The position numbers were made by a program, and so were the translations under genes. Positions 7,775-16,166 of a DNA stretch of 34,441 nt are shown here, in pieces. Source of the DNA: Dehalococcoidia bacterium (GTDB lineage Bacteria > Chloroflexota > Dehalococcoidia > E44-bin15); assembly GCA_004377275.1 (NCBI GenBank), contig SOIC01000175.1, positions 1 to 34,441 on the forward strand, written 5' to 3'. The first letter of the stretch is position 1; every line of letters starts with the position of its first letter. The notes beneath the pieces are model-generated. The model saw only the letters and a program-made list of their open reading frames with translations, had not been told where the DNA came from and did no database searches.

Positions 7775-8928
7775 TGGGCGATATCGAAAGGGGGATAGGG
7801 CAAGGTGGAGAGGTCGAAAAAGGGAGGGGGCAAGGTGAAGAGGTCGAAAAGATGATGCGGGGCGACCTGTTGGGACTCAAGGCATACCAGCCCATCATAC
7901 CCCCTGAGGTGCTCAGCGAGCGGGCTGGTGTACCCATTGAGGGGGTGATAAAGCTCGATGGCAACGAGAATCCATATGGCTGCTCGCCAAAGGTAGGGCG
8001 CGCCCTTGCCGGTTACCCCTTCTACCACATCTACCCCGACCCGGAGCAGCGTGAATTGCGAAAAGCATTGGCGGGATATGTTGGGGTGGACGCAGCGCAC
8101 ATTGTGGCCGGCGCCGGCAGCGATGAACTCATCGACCTTATCCTGCGCCTCTTCCTCGAGCCCGGCGATGGGGTGATTAACTGCGTTCCTACCTTCGGCA
8201 TGTACCCCTTCTGCACCGAGATTTGCGGCGGTAAGGTTATCGATGTTCCCCGTGACAAATCCTACGCCATCGACATCGCCGGGATAAAAGAGGCAGTGGG
8301 CGAAAAGAATGAAAAAACCAAGATTATATTCATCGCCTCGCCAAATAACCCCACAGGCAATATCACCCCCCAGCGCGATATCCTGGAGCTGGTTAAGCTG
8401 GGCAAGGTGGTGGTGATCGATGAGGCATATTATGAATTTAGTGGGACGACCGTCGCCCCCCTGGTTCCCGAGTATGAAAACCTGATTGTATTGCGCAGCT
8501 TCAGCAAATGGGCAGGACTCGCCGGGCTGCGCATTGGCTACGGAATTTTTCCTACCCTGATCGCGGAACAGCTTCTCAAGATCAAGCAGCCGTATAACAT
8601 AAACCTGGCAGCTCAGGTTGCGCTCCAGGAGTCGCTTGCCGACATCGAATATCTCCAGGGCACCGTGCAAAAAATCATCTCCGAGCGGGAGCGACTTTTC
8701 CAAAGACTTGGTGAGCTCAAGTTTCTCAAGCCGTTCCCCTCGCAGGCGAATTTCATCCTTTGCGCCGTGGTTAAAGGGAATGCCCGGTTGATTTACGAGG
8801 GGCTGCAGAAAAAGGGCATCTTCCTGCGCTATTTCGACACCCCGCTGCTGAGCAACTCGCTTCGCATCAGCGTGGGCAGGCCGGAGCATACCGACGCCCT
8901 CATTGAAGCGCTGAAGGAGATGTGCTAA
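7771..8928 (+). CDS. hisC: Histidinol-phosphate aminotransferase
   Basis: Class-II aminotransferase with PLP-Lys motif SFSKWAGLAGLRIGY and N-terminal LKAYQP. ATG 7771 overlaps the hisD stop (ATGA). The alternative start ATG 7852 would remove a 27-aa repeat-containing extension. Confidence 0.9.
   Translation: MMGDIERGIGQGGEVEKGRGQGEEVEKMMRGDLLGLKAYQPIIPPEVLSERAGVPIEGVIKLDGNENPYGCSPKVGRALAGYPFYHIYPDPEQRELRKALAGYVGVDAAHIVAGAGSDELIDLILRLFLEPGDGVINCVPTFGMYPFCTEICGGKVIDVPRDKSYAIDIAGIKEAVGEKNEKTKIIFIASPNNPTGNITPQRDILELVKLGKVVVIDEAYYEFSGTTVAPLVPEYENLIVLRSFSKWAGLAGLRIGYGIFPTLIAEQLLKIKQPYNINLAAQVALQESLADIEYLQGTVQKIISERERLFQRLGELKFLKPFPSQANFILCAVVKGNARLIYEGLQKKGIFLRYFDTPLLSNSLRISVGRPEHTDALIEALKEMC
7798..7851 (+). 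repeat. Tandem 30-nt direct repeat inside the hisC 5-prime extension
   Basis: The 24-nt cores at 7798..7821 and 7828..7851 match at 22 of 24 positions (GGGCAAGGTG[G/A]AGAGGTCGAAAA[A/G]). They encode GQGGEVEK / GQGEEVEK. Confidence 0.8.
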
Positions 8929-8933
8929 TCTAA

Positions 8934-8966
8934 GGGAAGTCCCCCGATACGATCGGGGAGGGGTTC
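8934..8966. repeat. REP-like GC-rich hairpin element, copy 2, in the hisC-hisB spacer
   Basis: gggaagtCCCCCGATacgATCGGGGaggggttc. It has a 7-bp stem and matches the reverse complement of 2748..2785. Confidence 0.5.
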
Positions 8967-9027
8967 AAGGGTGTCCCCTGAAATTTTGAATGGTCCAGAA
9001 CTTTAGCTCCACTCGTGGAGGGAAGAC

Positions 9028-9633
9028 ATGACAAGACAAAGTGCAAAAAAAAGAACAGCGACCATTTCCCGTGAGACCGGAGAGACAAAGATAAGCGTTG
9101 CGCTCTCCCTCGACGGCAGGGGAAAGTTTGAGATCAAGACTGGCAGCAAGATGTTTGACCACATGCTAACCCATATTGCCCAGCACGGTTTATTTGACAT
9201 AAAGATTAAAGCCTCTGGCTGGGACCAGCATCACGTGGTGGAAGACGTCGCTATAGCTCTGGGACAGGCGCTGAAAAAGGCGCTGGGGGATAAAAAGGGC
9301 ATCACGCGGATGGGGCATGCCATCGTGCCGATGGATGAGGCGCTCGCCCTGGTAGCGGTGGACATCTCCGGCAGGGGATATGCCGTGATGGATGCGTCCT
9401 TCAAGAGAAAGAAGATCGGCGACCTGGAGACCGACCTGGTGCGCCATTTCTTGGAGACCTTCGCCCAGGAGGCGAAGATGAACCTCCATGTGAAGGTGCC
9501 TTCCGGGACAGACGACCATCATAAGGTGGAGGCGCTCTTCAAGGCGCTGGGGCGGGCGTTGGATAGCGCCACTAAAATAGATACACGGCTTGCTGGCAAG
9601 GTGCCCAGCACCAAAGGGGTGCTTGAGGGCTAG
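9028..9633 (+). CDS. hisB: Imidazoleglycerol-phosphate dehydratase (monofunctional, no HAD phosphatase domain)
   Basis: 201 aa with two D/HHxxE metal motifs ([28 protein letters not shown]). GGAGGG Shine-Dalgarno upstream. Confidence 0.95.
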   Translation: MTRQSAKKRTATISRETGETKISVALSLDGRGKFEIKTGSKMFDHMLTHIAQHGLFDIKIKASGWDQHHVVEDVAIALGQALKKALGDKKGITRMGHAIVPMDEALALVAVDISGRGYAVMDASFKRKKIGDLETDLVRHFLETFAQEAKMNLHVKVPSGTDDHHKVEALFKALGRALDSATKIDTRLAGKVPSTKGVLEG

Positions 9634-10547
9634 CCCTCCTCGAGCTCCTTTCCGGTGAGGCGGCGATAGGCCTCGCGATACCTATCGGTCGTCTGCGCGA
9701 TTACATCCTCAGGCAGCATGGGCGCCGGCGGCTCCTTATCCCAACCAGCCTGGACGAGCCAGTCGCGCACTGGCTGCTTATCGAAGCTTGACTGGGAGCG
9801 CCCCGCCTGATACAGGCTCGCGTCCCAGAAGCGGCTGGAGTCCGGGGTCAGTAGCTCGTCGATTAGTATCACCCGGTCGTTGACCAGACCAAATTCCACC
9901 TTGGTGTCAGCGATGATGATACCCCGCTCCAGCGCATAATCGTGGGCGTAGCAGTATATCCTCATGCTCTTATCCATCAATTCTGCCGCTCGCTTATCGC
10001 CCACAAGACGCCTCATCTCGTCGAGGGTGATGGGCTCATCGTGCCCTGAGTCCGCCTTTGTCGTCGGGGTGAAGATAGGCTCAGGAAGCTTTTCGCTTTC
10101 TAAAAGCCCGTTGGGGAAGGTAACGCCGGAGACCGTTCCCTTTTCCTGGTACTCAGCCCACGCTGCGCCGGAGAGGTAGCCCCGCACCACGCACTCGATG
10201 TCGATGCGCTCCGCCTTCCTCACCACCATGGAGCGACGCGCCACGTAGTCGGGGAAGGAGTAGTAGCCAGAGCAGACCTTCTCCCCGTAGGTGTTATTAA
10301 GCCACTGTGCATCGTCTACCACCGCGATAAGATGGTTAGGGACGAGGTGCGCCGTCTTCTCAAACCAGAAGGCGGATAGCTGATTCAGGACCATGCCCTT
10401 GTCGGGGATGCCGCAGGGCAGCACCGAATCGAAGGCGGAGATGCGGTCGGTGGCGATGATGAGCAGCTTATCGCCCAGGTCATAGGTATCACGCACCTTC
10501 CCCCGGTAGAAGAGATTGGATAGATCGGTTTCAAGTAGTAGTTCCAT
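9630..10547 (-). CDS. purC: Phosphoribosylaminoimidazole-succinocarboxamide (SAICAR) synthase
   Basis: 305 aa with motifs [22 protein letters not shown] and ADTKVEFG. Confidence 0.95.
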   Translation of the reverse strand: MELLLETDLSNLFYRGKVRDTYDLGDKLLIIATDRISAFDSVLPCGIPDKGMVLNQLSAFWFEKTAHLVPNHLIAVVDDAQWLNNTYGEKVCSGYYSFPDYVARRSMVVRKAERIDIECVVRGYLSGAAWAEYQEKGTVSGVTFPNGLLESEKLPEPIFTPTTKADSGHDEPITLDEMRRLVGDKRAAELMDKSMRIYCYAHDYALERGIIIADTKVEFGLVNDRVILIDELLTPDSSRFWDASLYQAGRSQSSFDKQPVRDWLVQAGWDKEPPAPMLPEDVIAQTTDRYREAYRRLTGKELEEG

Positions 10548-11369
10548 TTAGTAGCTCCTGATAGAGACTTTCTGCCCTTCAGCGTTATACAGGGCTGCCG
10601 TATCTGGATCAGCATTATTCCAGATAGCGTTTCCATACCCAAAACTGAAGCATCCCCATTCGGGGTGACATTCATTGGTATATACTCGGATCCTTTCCCC
10701 TGAAGCCATGATAAAGGACGGGAAGGTGAACGAGGGGTTTCCATCCGAGAAATCTATCAGTAACCATCCGGTTATATCTTGAGGCCCATCTCCAGTATTT
10801 GTTACCTCTACATACTCATCGGATTCCACACTAGGGACAATACCATCGTAGAAAATATTGGTGATCTGGATGTCACAAGCTACTGTAGTGTTACACCAAA
10901 TGCCCAGGTAAGTCTCCCTGGCCTCTGTTTCCAGGTCTTTTAAGAGGGCGTCGTATTTGACATCGGGCGGGTAGCTTTTCGCCCATGCATAGCCACTAGC
11001 TACCAAGTCGGCATTGATAAAAGTGTCGCCAACATACACATAGCGCAGGAGCCTGCCATATCGGTCGGTCTCCGACACATCCTTTTCCAGCTTGACGGCC
11101 TTTCCTTCCACCAGATTTCTATTCACTAGCGTTGCTTCCTCCGCCACAGCCTGGATATCCGGGCGGGGGTCATCTATCTCTGGCGTGTCCATGCCAATGT
11201 AACGCACGGTGTATATCTGGCCATCGATAAGCACCTCAATTGTATCCCCGTCAATAACACCGACACAGGTTGCCTGAACAAGCGTAGAATTCTCTAAAGT
11301 GCCTTTGCCACAACCAATTGTGATAAGTGTCAAAACTAAGAGCACATTGACGATGCATAGCTTTCGCAT
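10548..11369 (-). CDS. Secreted lipoprotein: staphylococcal-nuclease (thermonuclease) domain fused to a lamin-tail domain
   Basis: From ATG 11369 the protein begins MRKLCIVNVLLVLTLITIGC, a signal peptide with a lipobox-like Cys. SNase motifs follow (VIDGDTIEV, RYIGMDTPE, DRYGRLLRYVYV), then a C-terminal LTD-like segment (EYVEVTNTGDGPQDITGWLL, GERIRVYTN). The track ORF extends to 11516 only by overlapping the purB 3-prime end. Confidence 0.8.
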   Translation of the reverse strand: MRKLCIVNVLLVLTLITIGCGKGTLENSTLVQATCVGVIDGDTIEVLIDGQIYTVRYIGMDTPEIDDPRPDIQAVAEEATLVNRNLVEGKAVKLEKDVSETDRYGRLLRYVYVGDTFINADLVASGYAWAKSYPPDVKYDALLKDLETEARETYLGIWCNTTVACDIQITNIFYDGIVPSVESDEYVEVTNTGDGPQDITGWLLIDFSDGNPSFTFPSFIMASGERIRVYTNECHPEWGCFSFGYGNAIWNNADPDTAALYNAEGQKVSIRSY

Positions 11370-11400
11370 CGCTTTGCCCTGAAACGTAGTACCTCCAGCC

Positions 11401-12693
11401 CTACCCCAGCCCCAGCCGCTCGAAGATGGCGCCCACATGGCGCAGAAAGTAGCCATAGTCGAAAATGCCCTCGAGCTCAGATTTGGAAAGGTGCTTGCTG
11501 ATATCGGGGTCGCCACTCAGAAGGTCGAAAAAGCTTGTCCTATCCTGCCACGCCTTCATCGCACTGCGCTGCACCATTTCATACGCCTCTTGCCGGCTGA
11601 GACCCTTATCGATTAAAGCCAGCATCACCCGCTGCGAGAAGACCAGTCCCTTGGTGACCTCCAGGTTCTCCTTCATGTGCTCCGGGTAGACCCGCAGCCC
11701 TTTCATAATGTAGGTGAATAGGTAGAGGACATAGTCCAGCACCAGGCAGGAGTCGGGGAGGATGATCCGCTCGGTGGAGGAGTGACTGATGTCGCGCTCA
11801 TGCCACAAGGCGATGTTCTCCAGCGATGTCAGGGCATGCCCCCGCACCAGCCTGGCCAGGCCCGAGATGCGCTCGCAGAGCTCGGGGTTGCGCTTGTGGG
11901 GCATCGCTGAGGAGCCGGTCTGCCCCTCTTCAAAAGGCTCCTCGGCCTCAAGGATCTCCGTCCTCTGCAGCCCCCTGATCTCGGTGGCGAACTTCTCCAG
12001 CGAGCTGGCGATGATAGCCAGTGTGGTTACAAACTGGGCGTGGCGATCGCGCTGCACAATCTGGCTGGAGATCGGCGCTGCCTCAAGCCCCAGCTTGGCA
12101 CAGGCGATTTTTTCTACCTCGGGGGTCACTGTGGCATAGGTGCCCACAGCCCCCGAAATCTTGCCCACCGCGATAGCCTTTCTCGCCTCGACAAGCCGTT
12201 GCGCGTTCCGCTTCATCTCCTCGACCCAAAGGGCAAGCTTCAGGCCAAAGGTGGTGGGCTCGGCGTGAACGCCGTGGGTGCGCCCCATCATAATGGTATG
12301 CTGGTGCGCCACCGCCTTCTCCTTCAGCACCGCGATGAACTCGGCAATGTCCTGATCCAGGAGGTCTGCTGCCGCCACCAGCTGCAGGCTGAGCGCAGTG
12401 TCTATAACATCGGAAGAGGTAAGCCCGAGGTGAATGAAGCGACTCTCCTCCCCCAGGCTCTCCGCCACCGCGCCGATGAAGGCGGTCATATCATGGTGCG
12501 TTCTTCTAAGTATCTCATCGATGCGTTTAATATTGAAGCTGGCGTTTTTTATCTTGGGGAGCGCCTCCTTAGGGATGGCCCCTAGTTCGGCCCAGGCCTC
12601 GCAGACCGCGATCTCCACCTGGAGCCACTTCTCGAACTTCGATTCATCGGTCCAGACCTTTTTCATCTGCGGCCTTGAATATCTCTCAATCAT
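11401..12693 (-). CDS. purB: Adenylosuccinate lyase
   Basis: Fumarate-lyase signature SSAMPHKRNP, and the N-terminus MIERYSRPQM is typical of PurB. ATG 12693 is preceded by AAGGAcgaaaaa. GTG 12717 is an alternative start. Confidence 0.95.
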   Translation of the reverse strand: MIERYSRPQMKKVWTDESKFEKWLQVEIAVCEAWAELGAIPKEALPKIKNASFNIKRIDEILRRTHHDMTAFIGAVAESLGEESRFIHLGLTSSDVIDTALSLQLVAAADLLDQDIAEFIAVLKEKAVAHQHTIMMGRTHGVHAEPTTFGLKLALWVEEMKRNAQRLVEARKAIAVGKISGAVGTYATVTPEVEKIACAKLGLEAAPISSQIVQRDRHAQFVTTLAIIASSLEKFATEIRGLQRTEILEAEEPFEEGQTGSSAMPHKRNPELCERISGLARLVRGHALTSLENIALWHERDISHSSTERIILPDSCLVLDYVLYLFTYIMKGLRVYPEHMKENLEVTKGLVFSQRVMLALIDKGLSRQEAYEMVQRSAMKAWQDRTSFFDLLSGDPDISKHLSKSELEGIFDYGYFLRHVGAIFERLGLG

Positions 12694-12755
12694 TTTTTCG
12701 TCCTTTTTCGCCCCCACGTTACCTGGCTAATAGTTCCTATGATTCTCTAATAGGA

Positions 12756-13271
12756 TTAGCTTGTATTCTTCGCAGAACTCTTTTTCGTGGCTTTACCCCG
12801 CCCAGATGTTGGCTCTAGCTGTCCTTCCGACAGGCTTCTACGATACTTTTCATAGGCTTTTTTAATCTCTTCATGCTTCAGGCCTAAAATTGCAGCGGCC
12901 AGCAATGCAGCATTCTTGGCCCCATCTATGGCAACACAGGCCACCGGCACCCCGGCAGGCATCTGTGCCATGGAGTAGAGGGCGTCCACCCCCAGGAGTT
13001 CGCTTGTTCCCAGGGGAACGCCTATGATGGGCAGGGTGGTCCAGCTGGCGAGGACGCCAGGAAGATGCGCCGCTTTCCCCGCTCCGGCTATGATAACCTC
13101 AATCCCGCGCCGCTCGGCTTTTAATCCGTACTCCCGCGTCTTTTCCGGGTTACGGTGCGCAGAGATGACCGAGACATCATATTCGATGCCCAGCTGCTGC
13201 AGCATGTCCAGCGCCGGCTGCATCAATTGCTCATCCGATTTGCTCCCCATAACCACGCCGACTAGTGACAT
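12756..13271 (-). CDS. purE: N5-carboxyaminoimidazole ribonucleotide mutase (class I-like PurE)
   Basis: Motifs MGSKSD, SAHRNPEK and GAGKAAHLPGV, with an AGGAG Shine-Dalgarno upstream. A Lys/Ser-rich C-terminal tail is present. Confidence 0.9.
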   Translation of the reverse strand: MSLVGVVMGSKSDEQLMQPALDMLQQLGIEYDVSVISAHRNPEKTREYGLKAERRGIEVIIAGAGKAAHLPGVLASWTTLPIIGVPLGTSELLGVDALYSMAQMPAGVPVACVAIDGAKNAALLAAAILGLKHEEIKKAYEKYRRSLSEGQLEPTSGRGKATKKSSAKNTS

Positions 13272-13292
13272 ATCTATGCTCCTATCAGAAGA

Positions 13293-14375
13293 TTAAACAA
13301 AGGCTGGCCTGGCTCCCAGCAGGGCCTGACAAATATGCATCCAGACGATATCGCTCCCCTTGACTAAGTCGAAGTAGAAGCGCGGCGACTGGGAGAAGAT
13401 TTTCAATATGGCCCGGCCCTCCTCGAGGCCGTGCATTAGCTGGGAATCAACTGCCTGCTGGTAGTCTTTCAGGTTGATGGTATCAGCGTGTAACGCGCCG
13501 GCGATTACCGGAGCCGCAAGCTGTGCGCTCCTAATTGCATAGTAAATGCCTTCTCCGGTAAGGGGGTGAATTAAACCCGCAGCATCGCCAAGCAGGAGGA
13601 CGTTGCCCCGCTGAATAGCCATCCCCCGCCTTCGCAACGGCATTAGGTGGCCAGTCAAATCGGTAATGTCGTATTCTCCCAGGTGCTGGAGCAGCCGTTC
13701 CAGGTAAGGTTTAAGCCTTTTTGATAAATGAACTGGTCCCCCAACCCCGACCGACAGATGATCCTTTTTGGGGAAAACCCATGCATAGCCGTCGGGTATT
13801 TGCCCATAATCCAGCCCAATAAGGGAATCCCAATCCTCCAGTTTATCCTGGGTGACAGACACTTCAGCTTCAATGGCGATACCGAGTTCGACATCCCTCA
13901 TCAAGCCTAGTCTCTTGGCCACCATCCCTTTGGCGCCATCGGCGCCGGCGACAACTTTGGCATTGAAGGGGCCCTCGGGGGTCATCACCTTAACCCCGGA
14001 AGCTGTTATCTCCAGTTCATCAGCCCTCACGCCATCGACGAGGGACACGCCCGCTTCCTGAGCCTTCTGGACGAGTAAATGATCGAATTTGCTCCGCATC
14101 ACCAAATAAACCAGGGGTTCCTTATGCCGCTTAATGAACTCGTCGCTGAACTGATACATGATTCTGACCCCGTAAGCTATTCTCTCGGTCACCGCGCTGA
14201 TGTCAAAGTCAAGTAAGCTCAAAGCCCGAGAAGTGATCCCCCCGGCACAGGGCTTGTATCGGGGTATCTTCTCTTTTTCGAGGATGAGCACTGCTAGCCC
14301 CCTGCGGCCCAGCTCATAACCTAGCGTGGCACCAGCGGGACCGGCACCGACGATTATTACATCATAGGAACTCAC
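13293..14375 (-). CDS. Geranylgeranyl-reductase-family FAD-dependent oxidoreductase
   Basis: 360 aa with the Rossmann motif DVIIVGAGPAGA, then PCAGGI and LLGDAAGLIHPLTGEGI. Its GTG start overlaps the purD stop (GTGA). Confidence 0.8.
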   Translation of the reverse strand: MSSYDVIIVGAGPAGATLGYELGRRGLAVLILEKEKIPRYKPCAGGITSRALSLLDFDISAVTERIAYGVRIMYQFSDEFIKRHKEPLVYLVMRSKFDHLLVQKAQEAGVSLVDGVRADELEITASGVKVMTPEGPFNAKVVAGADGAKGMVAKRLGLMRDVELGIAIEAEVSVTQDKLEDWDSLIGLDYGQIPDGYAWVFPKKDHLSVGVGGPVHLSKRLKPYLERLLQHLGEYDITDLTGHLMPLRRRGMAIQRGNVLLLGDAAGLIHPLTGEGIYYAIRSAQLAAPVIAGALHADTINLKDYQQAVDSQLMHGLEEGRAILKIFSQSPRFYFDLVKGSDIVWMHICQALLGARPAFV

Positions 14376-15640
14376 GGGGGCACCTCCCTAGCCCCGATGT
14401 CCTCGCGATAATGGCAGCCCTCAAAATGAATGCGCGGGATATTGCTGTAGACCCTATCCCTCGCTTCAGCGATAGTCCTGCCCCTGGCAGCCACAGTGAG
14501 CACCCGCCCCCCGTCAGTGTATATTACGCCATGGCTCGCCATCGTTCCGGCATGAAACACCAAAATGTCCTCATCAAGTTCGTCTAATCCCTCGATGGGG
14601 AAACCTGTCTTGTAGCTGCCGGGATAACCACCCGACGCCATGACCACCCCCACGCAGGCTTCATCGCGCCACTTAATCTCCATTTTATCCAGCCGCTCAT
14701 CGAGCACCGCCAGCATGATGTCCACCAGGTCGCCCTCAAGAAGCGGGAGCATCACCTGGTTCTCAGGGTCGCCGAAGCGGGCATTGAATTCCAAGGCCTT
14801 TGGTCCCTGATCCGTCAGCATAAGCCCGACATAGAGAACGCCTTTATACGGCTGGCCCTCCTTTGCCATCGCCCGCACCATAGGTTCAAGGATGGTATCC
14901 CTCACCATGTCTATCATCTCCGCACCGAAGAAATTTGGCGGGCTATAGCTCCCCATACCGCCTGTATTTGGACCCTCATCGCCATCGCAGGCCCTTTTAT
15001 AGTCGCAGGCGGGCACCATAGGAACGACGGTTTTACCATCGGTGAAGGCAAGTAGGCTCACCTCTTTCCCCGTCAGCCACTCTTCCACCAGAACCTGGTC
15101 ACCAGCCTCGCCGAATATCCGCTTCTCCATGATCTCGGAGAGCGCTACTAGCGCCTCAGTGGTGGAATTGGCCACGATGGAACCTTTACCCGCCGCCAGC
15201 CCGTCTGCTTTGACCACAATGGGGGGCTGCTCAGCCTTGACATAATCCCTTGCCTCGCCAAAGGACGAAAAACTTCGGCTCTGGGCGCATGGGATACCGT
15301 ATCTTTGCATCAGCCCCTTGGCGAAAACCTTGCTCGACTCGATCTTCGTCGCCTCTTTGTTGGGACCGAAGATGGGAATGCCACGACCTTGAAAAAGATC
15401 GACAATGCCTGCGGCAAGCGGTGCTTCAGGGCCGACTACGACGAGATCGATTCTTCGTTCCTGGGCCGCCTGGGCTAGGGTCTCAAGCTCTGTAGGTTTA
15501 AGGTCCAGGTTTTTTGCGATGAGCCCAGTCCCCGCATTCCCCGGCGCAACATAGATCTCCTCAACGCTGGGGCTCTGGCCGAGCTTCCAAACCAGTGTAT
15601 GCTCCCTGGCCCCTCCTCCAATGACCAGCACCTTTAGCAA
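14372..15640 (-). CDS. purD: Phosphoribosylamine-glycine ligase
   Basis: 422 aa with VLVIGGGAREH, an ATP-grasp core and GPNTGGMGSYSP. A TTG start abuts the upstream stop; GTG 15631 is an alternative. Confidence 0.95.
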   Translation of the reverse strand: MLKVLVIGGGAREHTLVWKLGQSPSVEEIYVAPGNAGTGLIAKNLDLKPTELETLAQAAQERRIDLVVVGPEAPLAAGIVDLFQGRGIPIFGPNKEATKIESSKVFAKGLMQRYGIPCAQSRSFSSFGEARDYVKAEQPPIVVKADGLAAGKGSIVANSTTEALVALSEIMEKRIFGEAGDQVLVEEWLTGKEVSLLAFTDGKTVVPMVPACDYKRACDGDEGPNTGGMGSYSPPNFFGAEMIDMVRDTILEPMVRAMAKEGQPYKGVLYVGLMLTDQGPKALEFNARFGDPENQVMLPLLEGDLVDIMLAVLDERLDKMEIKWRDEACVGVVMASGGYPGSYKTGFPIEGLDELDEDILVFHAGTMASHGVIYTDGGRVLTVAARGRTIAEARDRVYSNIPRIHFEGCHYREDIGAREVPP

Positions 15641-15880
15641 TTATTCACTCTCAGGCGGTATGCTCCTCACACTATGTGGCGAGCGCAGTCTAAGAATTGC
15701 CAGCCATGCCGCACCCACAAAGACAGCTATCGCAATATAGTACCAAGAGAATGGGTTGGTTAGCCCGTATTCCTCCTTGAGCACTTCGCTTACTATACCC
15801 ACCACGAGACATCCCAGGGCCACCACTCCGAATAGGTATGATAATACCGTCTTCCACCAACCTATTTGCATCTGTGTCAC
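15641..15880 (-). CDS. Small hypothetical membrane protein (2 predicted TM helices)
   Basis: 79-aa ORF with two hydrophobic stretches (VLSYLFGVVALGCLVVGIV and YYIAIAVFVGAAWLAIL). It is packed with no gaps between the EncFtn-like gene and purD. No family recognised. Confidence 0.5.
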   Translation of the reverse strand: MTQMQIGWWKTVLSYLFGVVALGCLVVGIVSEVLKEEYGLTNPFSWYYIAIAVFVGAAWLAILRLRSPHSVRSIPPESE

Positions 15881-15895
15881 CCCCTTTATAGCTAG

Positions 15896-16150
15896 TTATA
15901 GCCCCTCCTTTTTGAACATCTCAGCCTGGAGTGGATCGAGCTTCTGAATAAGCTTGGTAAGCTCGACGAGGTGCTCCTTTTCCTCATCACGAATGTGTGC
16001 TAAGACCTCTGCCACCTCTTCGTCCTCTATGGTGTCGATGTGCTCCTGATACTGATTGATCGCCTGAAGCTCCCCAATCATGTCCTCTCGCAGCATCTCA
16101 AGGTCCAGCTCCGGAGCTCCCTCATCTTCATAGTCGTTTTCGTAGGTCAT
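15896..16150 (-). CDS. EncFtn-like half-ferritin (ferritin-like domain protein) without a recognisable encapsulin-targeting tail
   Basis: 84 aa. The segment ELQAINQYQEHID...VLAHIRDEEKEHLVEL matches the di-iron E...Y / RDEEKEH pattern I recall for encapsulated ferritins. AGGAGG Shine-Dalgarno upstream. Confidence 0.65.
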   Translation of the reverse strand: MTYENDYEDEGAPELDLEMLREDMIGELQAINQYQEHIDTIEDEEVAEVLAHIRDEEKEHLVELTKLIQKLDPLQAEMFKKEGL

Positions 16151-16166
16151 TTGTCGCCTCCTTTTC

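Noticed and set aside
7555-8889. 444-aa ORF on the minus strand spanning essentially all of hisC
   Set aside because: It is exactly antisense to a confidently identified aminotransferase gene. It has low-complexity, Pro/Leu/Gly-rich composition, no recognisable motifs and no Shine-Dalgarno. Long stop-free antisense frames are common opposite GC-rich, codon-biased genes.
11370-11516. N-terminal 49 codons of the 322-aa track ORF for the nuclease (MATPISAS...)
   Set aside because: This stretch overlaps the purB 3-prime end in another frame. The internal ATG at 11369 begins a textbook lipoprotein signal peptide, so the shorter gene model was adopted.
12040-12730. 181-aa and 98-aa plus-strand ORFs opposite purB
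   Set aside because: They are antisense to adenylosuccinate lyase, which carries the unmistakable SSAMPHKRNP signature. They contain no motifs of their own.
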